The notes beneath the pieces are model-generated. The model ran no database searches, was not told where the DNA came from, and was given only the letters and a program-made list of their open reading frames with translations. Below, in pieces: positions 27,817 through 38,878 of a stretch of 64,000 nt of DNA (its first letter is position 1; each line of letters starts with the position of its first letter). The stretch spans positions 12,958,001 through 13,022,000 of the forward strand of contig NC_086097.1 in the NCBI RefSeq assembly GCF_963921235.1. The letters run 5' to 3'. A program made the translations under genes and the position numbers. The DNA is from Mobula hypostoma (lineage: Eukaryota).

Positions 27817-29480
27817 TTAACATCTGGAAAGACAGTCGACAGTTACATTATCTTTGCCTTTAATGTGAGTTATCGTGAGATCATACTCTTGCAAAATCAA
27901 GCTCCAATTCAGCAACCTTCTATTTTGTTTTTCAGCTTACTTAAAAACACCAATGGATTATGATCTGTATAAACCACAAGTGGTGTTTTGAGCTGTGCAA
28001 ACATACACATCAAAATGCTGCAAAGCCAAAATAAGTGATAATAATTCCTTTCCTATGGTGGAATAATTTATCTAATGCTCATTGAATTTCTTGGAAAAGT
28101 AAGCCACAGGTTGGTCAACATCATCATAATCATCCCTTTGTAGTTACATTGCTCCTGAAGCTTCATCACTGGCATCCACAGCTACGGAGAATGGCTTTGC
28201 AAAGTCAGGTGACCTGAGCACAGGTTGGTGACATAAGATGGCTTTCAATTTATCAACTGCCTCCTGACAAGGTTCTGTCCAAACAAACTTTTCACCCTTC
28301 TTCAGGAGGTCAATGGGAGAACAATATCAGCAAAGTTTCTTTAGAACTTGCGATAATATCCGGCCATTCCCAGAAATCTTCTAAGGACCCTTCTCCCGGT
28401 TGGAATGGGAACCTCAGAAATTGCCTGAACTTTTGCCTGAACAGGAGCCAACTTGCCTTGACCTACAACATAACCAAGATAGGTCACAGTGGCATGGGCA
28501 AATTCACTCTTAGCTAGGTTAATTGTAAGGTTGGCTTTTGAGAGCCTTTCAAACAGCTTTTCCACTGCAGAGATATGCGTTTCCCAGATGTCATTCCCCG
28601 TGACTAAATCATTAATATAAGCACCTGTGTGTTCAAAACCCTTGAATTACAGAATTAATCATTCTCTGGAATGTTCCCAGAGCATTTTTCATTCCAAATG
28701 GCAGAACATTGTATTCATACAACCCAGAAGGCTTTACAAAGGCAGAAATTTCTCTACCACTATCTGTTAATGGAACACACCAATATCCTTTGAACAGATC
28801 AATCTTTGTAAGAATCTTAGCTTTTCCAACCTTGTTTACACAATCATCCACTCTAGGGATTGGATAAGAATCTGTTTTTGTTACAACATTCACCTTTCGG
28901 TAATCAGTGCAGAATCTGATACTACCATCTGGTTTAGGTACCATGACAGAAGGTGAAGTCTAATCTGAAGTAGGAAGTCTAATAATATCATTTTCTAACA
29001 TATATTCAATTTCTTGTTCAGCAAGTTTACATTTTCAATATTCATACAAGGCATCCGTTAGTCTTGCAAGACCATAGATCTGCTCCTGGAAAGTCTTCGC
29101 TCTCCAGCGCGCAGGCCTGGGCAAGGTTGTTTGGAAGACCAGCAGTTGCCCATGCTGCAAGTTTCCCCTCTCCACGACACCAATGTTGTCCAAGGGAAGG
29201 GCATTAGGACCCATACAGCTTGGCACCGGTGTTGTCGCAGAGCAATGTGTGATTAAGTGCCTTGCTCAAGGACATAACATGTTCCCTCGGCTGGGGTTCG
29301 AACTCACGACCTTCAGGTAGCTAGTCCAATACCTTAACCACTTGGCCACGTGCCCACACACGTGTCCACATTCATACAATATGGATATTGTTTTATAGGT
29401 TTGTTATTACTCACATCTACATCACGTAAGGCCACTGTGGTTCTTTTTGAGATATTAGGAAATAAATCCTTAAATTTCAT
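27817..29480 (-). pseudogene. Gmr1-like reverse transcriptase / RNase H, disrupted
   Basis: PKPDGSIRFCTDYRKVN, KIDLFKGYW, LPFGMKNA, YIND (decayed YIDD), LRRFLGMAGYYRKF; stop at 27817-27819. Confidence 0.9.
29050..29369 (-). mobile_element. tRNA-derived SINE inserted in Gmr1 pol
   Basis: A box TGGCCAAGTGG and B box GAGTTCGAACCC on the minus strand; 10-bp TSD ATTCATACAA (29040-29049, 29370-29379). Confidence 0.88.
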
Positions 29481-30648
29481 AATTAACTAATTCACCTGCT
29501 GCCACTGCTGTGGCTGTAAATAAGCCAGTTTCTCAACAATATTTTCCAAAGTAGTCGAATTTGTCAATCTGGCTGAAATAATATTTGGTTTAAAATAGGC
29601 GTCAGATGGATCAGCTAATGAATTTCCAGAGAGCTCACATCCATCTTTGTTTACTGCAACCACCACAGCTGCAGTTTGTTTTTCATGATACAGCTTAAGT
29701 ATATGTATGTGACAAAGCTGCGTTGGCCTTCGTCTATCTGGTATTTTGACTACATAGTCCACATCATTAAGTTAAGCCACAATTTCATAGGGACCATGAA
29801 ACTTAGCTTCTAGAGGGTTTGTTTCTACAGGAAACAAAACAAGCACTTTATCTCCCAGTTTGAATGACCTCATTTTGGCTTCTTTATCATACCATTTTTC
29901 ATTCTTTCCTGGGCCGATTTTAAATTTTCCTTTGCTATGTTGCAAGCCCTTTGCAATTTGTCCTTGGACTTCAAAACATAATCTGGCAAATTAACATGCA
30001 GGTAATTGTTAACCCACTGTTCCGTTAACAATGCCAAAGGTCCTCGGACCTGGTGACTAACACCTAGGGACTCGTATACTGACTCCCTTACTACAAATAA
30101 AAGTAAATGAACTCCCTCATCCCAATCCTTCTCATTTTCAATACATAATGTCCTAATCATGGTTTTGAGGATAGAATGGAATCTCTCTAAGGCCCCTTGG
30201 GATTCTGGATGATATGCAGATGATGTAATCTGTTTGGCTCCCAGTTTATAAACTACTTGCTGGAATAATCCTGACATAAAATTACTCACTTGATCAGACC
30301 GAATTTCTTTAGGCAAGCCAAATAAAGTAAAAAAAAAACACGTTATGAGAGCCTTCGACACAATTTTGGCTTTCATATTTCTGAGAGGTATTGCCTCTGG
30401 AAATCTAGAAACTGTACACATGATAGTTAGCAAATACTGATGAGAAGCTTTAGTCTTTGGCAATAGGCCAACACAATCCACAATAAATTTAGAAAAGGGT
30501 TCACCAAATGCAGGAATAGGCTGCAGTGGGGCCACTGGAGTGACCTGATTAGGTTTACCCACAAGCTGACAAGTGTGACAAGTCCTGCAAAATTTTTCAA
30601 CATCTTTCCTCAAACTAGGCCAGAAAAACTGTCTTAAAACATTGTTCA

Positions 30649-30861
30649 ACCAACATACATCAAAGTTGCTGGTGAACGCAGCAGGCCAAGCAGCATCTAT
30701 AGGAAGAGGCGCAGTCGACGTTTCAGGCCTGACGAAGGGTCTCGGCCTGAAACGTCGACTGCGCCTCTTCCTATAGATGCTGCTTGACCTGCTGCGTTCA
30801 CCAGCAACTTTGATGTATGTTGCTTGAATTTCCAGCATCTGCAGAATTCCTGTTGTTTGCG
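30649..30861 (+). mobile_element. Penelope-derived fold-back element with hammerhead core
   Basis: 79-bp arms at 30651-30729 and 30744-30822 (1 mismatch); 15-bp TSD TTAAAACATTGTTCA (30634-30648, 30862-30876). Confidence 0.9.
30725..30760 (+). ncRNA. Minimal hammerhead ribozyme motif (stem I weakened by the inversion junction)
   Basis: CTGACGA-A-GGGT/CTCG/GCCT-GAAAC-GTC-GACT. Confidence 0.65.
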
Positions 30862-31047
30862 TTAAAACATTGTTCACAGTTTTCTTCACACCTAGATGGC
30901 CACCCAAGGGTTTACAATGGGCCAAAGTTAAAATCTCATTCCTATAGGCTTTAGGAACTACAACCTGGTGAACAATTGCCCATTCCTCACTTGCAGGAAC
31001 ATCAGGTGGTCTCCAGTTCCTCATTAACACTCCATCTTTGAAATAAT

Positions 31048-31690
31048 GGCATTTATAGCGAGAGGATTCGAGTACAGGAGCAGGGAGGTACTACTGCAGT
31101 TGTACAAGGCCTTGGTGAGACCACAACGGGAGTATTGTGTGCAGTTTTGGTTCCCTAATCTGAGGAAAGACATCCTTGCCATAGAGGGAGTACAAAGAAG
31201 GTTCACCAGATTGATTCCTGGGATGGCAGGACTTTCATATGAAGAAAGACTGGATGAACTGGGCTTGTACTCGTTGGAATTTAGAAGATTGAGGGGGGAT
31301 CTGATTGAAACGTATAAAATCCTAAACGGATTGGACAGGCTAGATGCAGGAGGATTGTTCCCGATGTTGGGGAAGTCCAGAACAAGGGGTCACAGTTTGA
31401 GGATAAAGGGGAAGCCTTTTAGGACCGAGATTAGGAAAAACTTCTTCACACAGAGAGTGGTGAATCTGTGGAATTCTCTGCCACAGGAAGCAGTTGAGGC
31501 CAGTTCATTGGCTATATTTAAGAGGGAGTTAGATATGGCCCTTGTGGCTACGGGGATCAGGGGGTATGGAGGGAAGGCTGGGGCGGGGTTCTGAGTTGGA
31601 TGATCAGCCATGATCATAATAAATGGCGGTGCAGGCTCGAAGGGCTGAATGGCCTACTCCTGCACCTATTTTCTATGTTTCTATGTTTCT
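31048..31690 (+). mobile_element. Young CR1 LINE 3' fragment inserted in Gmr1 pol
   Basis: Uninterrupted ORF 31046-31594; (TTCTATGT)n tail; ATAAT duplicated at 31043-31047 and 31691-31695. Confidence 0.92.
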
Positions 31691-31695
31691 ATAAT

Positions 31696-33565
31696 ACCCT
31701 ACTGGCACTTTATCAATCTCCTCACCTGAGAGAGCTTTTTCTCTTAAAGCTTCAATCTCAGGGTCTCTGCTCTGTTCTGCTATAAACTCCTTCATAGACA
31801 GAGATAAATCTTTATTATCAGATTTCATACCTGGATCCTCGTGAAACAATGAAGTCAGAAAAGTCCCTGACAAGTCATCAAAATCTGACTCCCTATTTGG
31901 GCTATCATGAGTAGCCGAATCATGCTGCACAAGACCACCTGCATTGGCAAGTTTTTTGGCTCTAGCTCGAGTTACTGCACACGCTGGATAAATGTTAGGG
32001 TCTATCTTTGAATCATCTTTGATTGGCTTGGTTGTCAGCTGCACTGCAGGAACAACTTTACCACCTGCTAGGTCAATCCATAACAACAAAGAAATGCCTT
32101 CCACCGGTAAACTGGGTCGTAGTCCTATTTTAACAAGTCCTGAGACTAACTCTGACTTCAAAATTACCTTGTGCAGAGGTGCAGGAACAACGTCACACCC
32201 AATACCTCGAACAAGATTTACCTCATCAATGGCAGACTCATCACCAAACTTTAGAACACTGTGTAACATAAATGACTGAGAAGCCACAGTATCTCGAAGA
32301 ATTTTCACCGGTATCAGGGTTGACCATTCCTTTACTGAAACATATCCATCTAACGTAAAATGAAGGAATTCTTTCCTAACTTGACCAGACATTTTAGTCA
32401 ATGACAGAGCTTCATCAGAATGCGTAGAACCCTGTGGGTTCACAGGTGTTTCAACATTTTGAACACAGGCTTCTGGAACTGCCTCCTTTTCCTTCTTCTT
32501 TTTCAGAAGAAAACAGTTAGCCATAACATGACCAGGTTTCCTACAATAGTGACAAATAGGACCAGAGGGCTTCTCCTTTAATTGTTTCCCTTCATCCTTA
32601 CCTTTGTCATGAGACCCAGATTTGATTTCCGGTTTACCTTGACTATCCATGCTACTCTTTCAGAAGGTCTTACTCGGGGTAAACTTAAACTTGTGGGTTA
32701 AGGCAAACTCATCTGCTAATTTAGCAGATTCTTGCAAAGTGGCAGCATCCTTTCCATCTAAATGTGCCTTTATATCAGTATGGATGCACCTTTTAAATTC
32801 TTCAATTAAAATTAACTCTTTCAGTTTCTCAAAATTACCATCCACATTTTTAGATGTGCACTATCTTTTGAAACACACAGATTTCTCATAAGCAAATTCC
32901 ACATGAGTCTGGTTCACAGATTTCCTCAAATTCCTAAACCTTTGCCTATAGGCTTCTGTAACCGATTCATAGGCTTTAAGTACAGCCTGTTTCACAATCT
33001 CATAATTAGCTGCATCTCCAATTGATAGGGCAGAATAAGCCTGCTGAGCCTTACCCTTAAATACACTCTGTAACAAGAGAGGCCAACTTTCTTTCGGCCA
33101 CCTTAGGCTCTGAGCAGCTTTCTCAAAATGCTGGAAGTATTTATCAACCATAGCCTCATCAAATGAGGGGACCAATTTAACTTCCTAACTGGCCACAAAC
33201 GGTACAACCAGCTCCCTAGAGCCAGAATTTTGCCTCTTGAGTCTTAACCTCTCTATCTTTATCTCAAACTGCCTTTGTTTGTCTCTTTCTCGTTCCTCAA
33301 CCTCTAATTTAAATCACTCTAACTTCATTTGTTCCAATCGTAACTGGATCTCAAGTTTACTTTCAGGAAACCTCTCTAATACCTCCTTCTCAAATTCCTC
33401 CTTATCTATGTAGTGCTCAACTATTACCCTCTGAATCTGCACCTTTTTCATTGAACGTTTCACCTCAGTAAGTTTTAGATTTCTAGCAATGGCCAACAAG
33501 TCGTCTGTTCTGGCATCCCTTAATGCCTTAGGGTCTGGCGTTGCCAGGAATGCCCCAATATCATT
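31696..33565 (-). pseudogene. Gmr1-like gag (SCAN-related capsid region, CCHC knuckle) and protease, frameshifted
   Basis: ORFs 33314-33610, 32861-33175, 32660-32845 and 31673-32650: YFQHFEKAAQSLRWPKESW, KELILIEEFKRC, CHYCRKPGHVMANC, LRDTVASQS (DTG decayed). Confidence 0.88.
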
Positions 33566-33653
33566 GCAGCTGGATTCCCCACACAAGTCAATCAAAAGTG
33601 TTGTAACCAATGAGATCGATAATTAAACAATCAATAAGCTCCAATTTTGTTCA

Positions 33654-33672
33654 TCTCGTAGACGAGCCCCCA
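33654..33672 (-). promoter_or_regulatory. Primer-binding site, tRNA-Pro type
   Basis: Minus strand reads TGGGGGCTCGTC just inside the 5' LTR, matching the tRNA-Pro PBS TGGGGGCTCGTCC. Confidence 0.85.
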
Positions 33673-33675
33673 ATT

Positions 33676-34766
33676 TGTTACGATTTCGTAAAGTACCAGC
33701 AGCAAAAGATGACAAATTGAGTCGGGTTTTAATACTAAAACCACTATATTTATTTAGTGTTGGCGTGTGGCCAAGTGGTTAAGGTATTCTTCTAGTTATT
33801 TGAAGGTCACTAGTTCGAGCCTTGGCTGAGGCAATGTGTTGTGTCCTTGAGCAAGGCACTTATCCACACATTGCTCTGCGACGACACCGGTGCCAAGCTG
33901 TATGGGTCCTAATGCCTTTCCCTTGGACAACATTGGTGGTGTGGAAAGGGGAGACTTTCAGCATGGGCAACTGCTGGTCTTCCATACAACCTTGCCCAGG
34001 CCTGCGCCCTGGAAACCTTCCAAGGCGTAAATCCATAGTCTCATGAGACTAACGGATGCCTATATGTTTATTTACATCTACTCAAAAATATAGAAAATTA
34101 AATAAACTACTTTCTTAAACAGAAGTTAACAGTGTTATGAGTCTATAGTTCCCTTACAGTCAAACTTAGAACCTGTTCTTAACAAATCTTGATCAAGCAC
34201 AGTCATAACATGGCCGTTCAGAGAGTCCCAGTAATTCACAAAATAGGTGAGAGGAGAGACTTGTGGATTCACAATACAGCGACGAGGCGATCATGATGAA
34301 TTCCAAAGATTCCATGGCTAGCGAACGAAGAATCGGTTACTGAAGATCCCAGCCGACGGATACTGTTCCAAAGTCCATGAAGAGCGATATCACAAAGTGA
34401 CTGTCACAAAATCCACACCCATGGATCATACGAAGGACAGAGATGTCTCCAAAATGCACAGTGTGCCGCAGATTAACCCAAACCTTTGGGTGTGGGTGAG
34501 CATTAGACTTTACCCTTCTCGATCGTGAGCTGTTCCCGGATAGCTCGAAGTCTGCGATCTTCACTCTCTCTCCCTTTCCTTCGACTCCTCCGACTCCTTC
34601 TCAACACTTAAGTCCACATTTCTTTTATTCTGTCAGCATACGTCATAAGGTAACGCTCACAGAAACAAAACTGTGGACTCCCAGTAAAATGAGAATGGGG
34701 ACACGTGATAGCCACAGTAAAAAAAACTATGGACTCCCAGGAAAACAAAACTGTGGACATGTAACA
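33676..34766 (-). repeat. 5' LTR of the Gmr1-like element (interrupted by a SINE)
   Basis: Colinear with 26865-27639 once 33757-34062 is removed; followed on the minus strand by the PBS. Confidence 0.93.
33757..34062 (+). mobile_element. tRNA-derived SINE (same family as 29050-29369) inserted in the 5' LTR
   Basis: A/B boxes; TSD TATATTTATTTA / TATGTTTATTTA; absent from the 3' LTR. Confidence 0.88.
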
Positions 34767-34799
34767 ATTGTCATCAATCACAGCGGAACAATAGAAAAT

Positions 34800-35760
34800 G
34801 TCTGGGTAGCGCCAGCCTCATGGCATGAATATCAATTTCTTGAACTTCCAGTAGTTTTTCCTCTTCCCTTTCCCTTTCCTTCAATTCCCCTCTTACCTTT
34901 TCTCTTTTCCTTACCTGCCTGTCACCTCTCCCTGGTGACCCTCCTCCTTCCCTTTCTCCCATGGTCCTCTCCTGTCCTTTCCGATTCCTCCTTCTCCAGC
35001 TCTTTACCTTTTTGCCCCCCAGCTTCTCACTTCAAACCCCCTTTGCACACACCTGGTTTAAAACCATAAGACCGTAAGACATAGGATTAAAATTAGGCCA
35101 TTGAGTCTGCTCCACCATTCCATCGTGGCTGATCCCAGATCCCACTCAACCCCATACATCTGCCTCCTCGCTACATCCTTCGATGCCCTGAACGATCAAG
35201 AAACTATCAATTTCCGCATAAGTGCACCCATGGGCTGCATCCACCGCAGTCTGTGTGTCAGAGCATTCCACCGGTTCACTACTCTCTGGCTAAGAAGAAA
35301 ATTGCTCTTTACCTCTATTCTAAAAGGTTACCCCTCAGTTTCGAGGCTGTGCCCTGAAGTTCCAGATACCCCACCATAGGAAACATACTCTCCACATCCA
35401 CCCTGTCTAGTCCCTTCAACATTCGGTAGGTTTCAATGAGATTATCCCGCTTTCTTCTAAACTCCAGTGAGCACAGGCCCAAAGATGCCAAATGCTCCTC
35501 ATATGTTAACCCCTTCATTCCTGGGATCATCCTTCTGAACCTTCACTGGACTATCTCCAGTGACAACACAGAGGCTTCACCTATCACCTTCCAGCTTGTG
35601 TTCCTTCCCCACCCCCACCCCCCACCTTCTTATTGTGGTTCTTTTCCTTTCCTTTCCAGTCCCAACGGAGGATCTCAGCCAGAAAATTGTCTGGTCGTTA
35701 ATTTCCATAGATGATGCCTGACTTGCTGAGTTCCTCCAGCATTTGTGTGTGCTGCAGTAG
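34800..35760 (+). mobile_element. Penelope-like 3' end split by a minus-strand CR1 3' fragment (approx 35063-35570)
   Basis: Pyrimidine tract plus terminal repeat on both sides of a CR1 piece (MIPGMKGLTYEEHL..LEFRRKRDNLIETY). Confidence 0.75.
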
Positions 35761-38092
35761 AAAATAAAGTCCATTCTTGAAAAAAAGACTCACCAGCATG
35801 TCAGTTGAAGTCTTTGTGCTTCAGATGGTGACACAATGTTCGTTGCAGAAAAAGCTAGGATCTGTCCAGTTGTGCAGATGCAGGATGAGATGGTACACTA
35901 AGCTGTTTTTGATACCCACTGAGCCACACGTACTAGCAACATCTTCCTACTCTTAATTTTGTTGGTTATTTACAATCCTGTTATACTCTTCTGATATTTG
36001 TACCAAGAAAAACATATTAGGATGCAGATCTGTCTGAGTAAAGTGTTTGGAAAAGAACAAATTAAATATGTGCTAGGTTGAAGCTATCTTAATTTGTATC
36101 TGGATTTCTGGAAACAATAACAAGGCAAAAGCTCATTAGAGATAACAACACAATTGCACATGAAAATGAAAACATTTGAATACTTAACGTGTACCACATA
36201 ACATAGTAAAGTTTCTCTAATTTTATCTATTTGTCCTTAATTTTTGCGGGCTGTTCTTCATCTTTCAGCAAAACTCACAGCTGTAACCACCAACGTACCC
36301 TCTCATTTTTTTTTTTGACAGCTGTGCAGACCAGCCATTGAGCAGGACAATTTTTACACAGCCTGAAAACTGTACAGCACTTTAAATGTATTTTTTTTAA
36401 TGTTTTGATGAAATAATGTCATTGTTCAGTGGGCCAGTGGTTTCTTAACAATAAGCTACCGACTTCCATTCTGTGTTTATTGTTACAATTTCTAAGTGTT
36501 GGAACTTGAAATAAAAACAACGTAAATACTCTGAAGCTCAGATGTGTTTCAAAGTGAAGGTTGTGGTACATTTATTAATAAGAAATTTCATAGATTGTAT
36601 TCATTAGGACATAACTAATGGCAGGGTATCTCACAATTATATTAGCATGGATTTAAAAATAAATAGTTAAAATCATACTAACATATTTAATTATTTTTTT
36701 TAAAAAAACATTATATTTTAAAAAATGGCTAGGTGAGTGGTAGAGTTTCAGTTACTGCTCAGCCGAGCATCCACTCAGCTTAAATGGAACAGCTGTAACC
36801 ACTCTTACCTGCCCCAGGGCATAAAATGAACTGAAACACCAAACCACATGAATGTGGTGCAACTTAATGATAGATAGGGGCTTATTTTCCTGTACTGCAT
36901 GTGGGACCAAAGGAAAATCTGGCTCTATTATGGAGGGCTGATTCACTTTACCCAATTTCGCTCTCCGAACATCGATTGTGCGGTTATTTTACTGCATGGA
37001 TTAGGGATATGGTTCCATGGAGGCCAGGAGATGAAGGGGAGATGAAAGCAGGTTAGGGAGGGGATGGGAAAGATGAACCATGGCAAAAGAAGCCCTAATA
37101 GATAAGTATGTGGGTGATGTGGGCAGATGGAGCCTAGTAGAATGAGATCTCGTGGGGGAAAATTGTCACAAATTCAAGGAGATTAGTATAGGGCACTCTC
37201 AGCCTAAAAAGCCAGAAAGAATTACTCAAGATACTGGAAATCTGAGATAAAAAAAATTCCAAAAATACTCATCAGGTTATGCAGCACCTGCAGAGAAATG
37301 GCTAACATTTTACGTCAATGAACATCCAATAGAATATGGAAAGTGAGAAAACAAGCATGCTAGGGTTGTTTTTATAGAAAAGTCCATGTGCTGAGTACAA
37401 TAGAACATAGAGCAGTACAGCACGGCACATTCTCACAATAAAGCCAACAGAAAGCTAACTAAGAGAGGTACTGGATGATGGCAAAGCAGTGTTTAAGGAT
37501 AGTATTGGAAAATTCCAACATATCAAGGGTAAAATAGTCGTAAATGAAAATGCCACACACAAAGTTTTGCAAAGCCTGTCAGTTCCTTATGCCATCTGTG
37601 ATAAAGTAGCCAGTAAGCTAGATCACATGGAGGCAGAAGTAATTCTTTCCAATGCTGAGTAGAGACCACGGGCAATGCCAGTGGTCCCAGTAGCCAAAGA
37701 GAATGGGTCTGTCAGGAGTAGTCATTTTAAGGTCACCATCAACCCAATGCTGAAAATAGATCAATAACCTCTGCCGGAGATAGAGGATATATTTGCAAAC
37801 CTTTCTGGAGGAAAATACTTCAGAAAAGGGGAATGAGCTGGGGCCTACCTACAAATGGAGGTGGAAGAAGAGTCAAATATGTATTTCAACATGAACACTC
37901 ACCATGGTGATATGACACGTCAGAACATGATTGGAAAGAGTTCTGTGCATGGGCAGAAATGATAGAATGATTGAGAACATGGTACTGTAGAAACGTGGTT
38001 TAGTTGTTGCTGTAAATAAAAGCTCTATTTCTTCCAGATGTTTCTTTATTAGTAACCCATGGTATGTATAAATATAAAGAACACAACATGGT

Positions 38093-38734
38093 ACATTGGT
38101 ACATTGGCCTTTATTAATCGAAGTATTGAGTATAAGAGCTGGAATGTTATGATGAGGTTGTATAAGGCATTGGTGAGGCTGAATCTGGAGTATCGTGTTC
38201 AGTTTTGGTCACCAAATTACAGGAAGGATATAAATAAGGTTGAAAGAGTGCAGAGAAGGTTTACAAGGATGTTGCCGGGACTTGAGAAACTCAGTTACAG
38301 AGAAAGGTTGAATAGGCTGGGACTTAATTCCCTGGAGCGTAGAAGAATGAGGGGAGATTTGATAGAGGTATATAAAATTATGATGGATATAGATAGAGTG
38401 AATGCAAGCAGGCTTTTCCACTGAGGCAAGGGGAGAAAAAAACCAGAGGACATGGGTTTAGGGTGAGGGGGGAAAAGTTTAAAGGGAACATTAGTGGGGG
38501 CTTCTTCACACAGAGAGTGGTGGGAGTATGGAATGAGCTGACAGATGAGGTGGTAAATGCGGGTTCTTTTTTAATATTTAAGAATAAATTGGACAGATAC
38601 ATGGATGGGAGGTTTATGGAGGGATATGGTCCGTGTGCAGGTCAGTGGGACTAGGCAGAAAATGGTTCGGCACAGCCAAGAAGGGCCAAAAGGCCTGTTT
38701 CTGTGCTGTAGTTTCTATGGTTTCTACGGTTTCT
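38093..38734 (+). mobile_element. CR1 LINE 3' fragment inserted in the Gypsy PBS
   Basis: LYKALVRLNLEYRVQFWSP, FFTQRVVGVWNEL; (TTCTATGG)n tail; ATGGT duplicated at 38088-38092 and 38735-38739. Confidence 0.9.
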
Positions 38735-38878
38735 ATGGTGTCAGAAGTCGTTCTGGAAGACAACATGGTATCAGAAGTTGGTCTGGAAGAATAATACGTT
38801 TCCTAACACAGGAGAGTCGAAGATAATTTTCTGAAAGAAGAGCTCGAACTGTTTTGGTGTTTGCTAACAGTTTTACAA

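Larger units (their letters stand above)
29487..31042 (-). pseudogene. Gmr1-like integrase (HHCC + DDE + C-terminal region)
   Basis: AHCKPLGGHLG...CRTCHTC, IVDCVG, RSDQVSNF, SQGALERFH; carries a 76-codon in-frame insertion. Confidence 0.92.
26865..34766 (-). mobile_element. Full-length (decayed) Gmr1-like Ty3/Gypsy LTR retrotransposon
   Basis: Two homologous LTRs with TG..CA ends (26865-27639, 33676-34766); 4-bp TSD ATTG at 26861-26864 and 34767-34770; PBS and PPT present; minus-strand gag, CCHC knuckle, protease, integrase, RT and RNase H remnants. Confidence 0.95.

Noticed and set aside
29870..31030. 386-aa ORF as a domesticated integrase gene
   Set aside because: It lies inside an LTR element with TSDs, is cut off upstream by a CR1, and is frameshifted downstream
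33760..33830. tRNA gene (also 29285-29356, minus strand)
   Set aside because: These are SINE heads: continuous with a SINE body, flanked by TSDs, and lacking a complete cloverleaf
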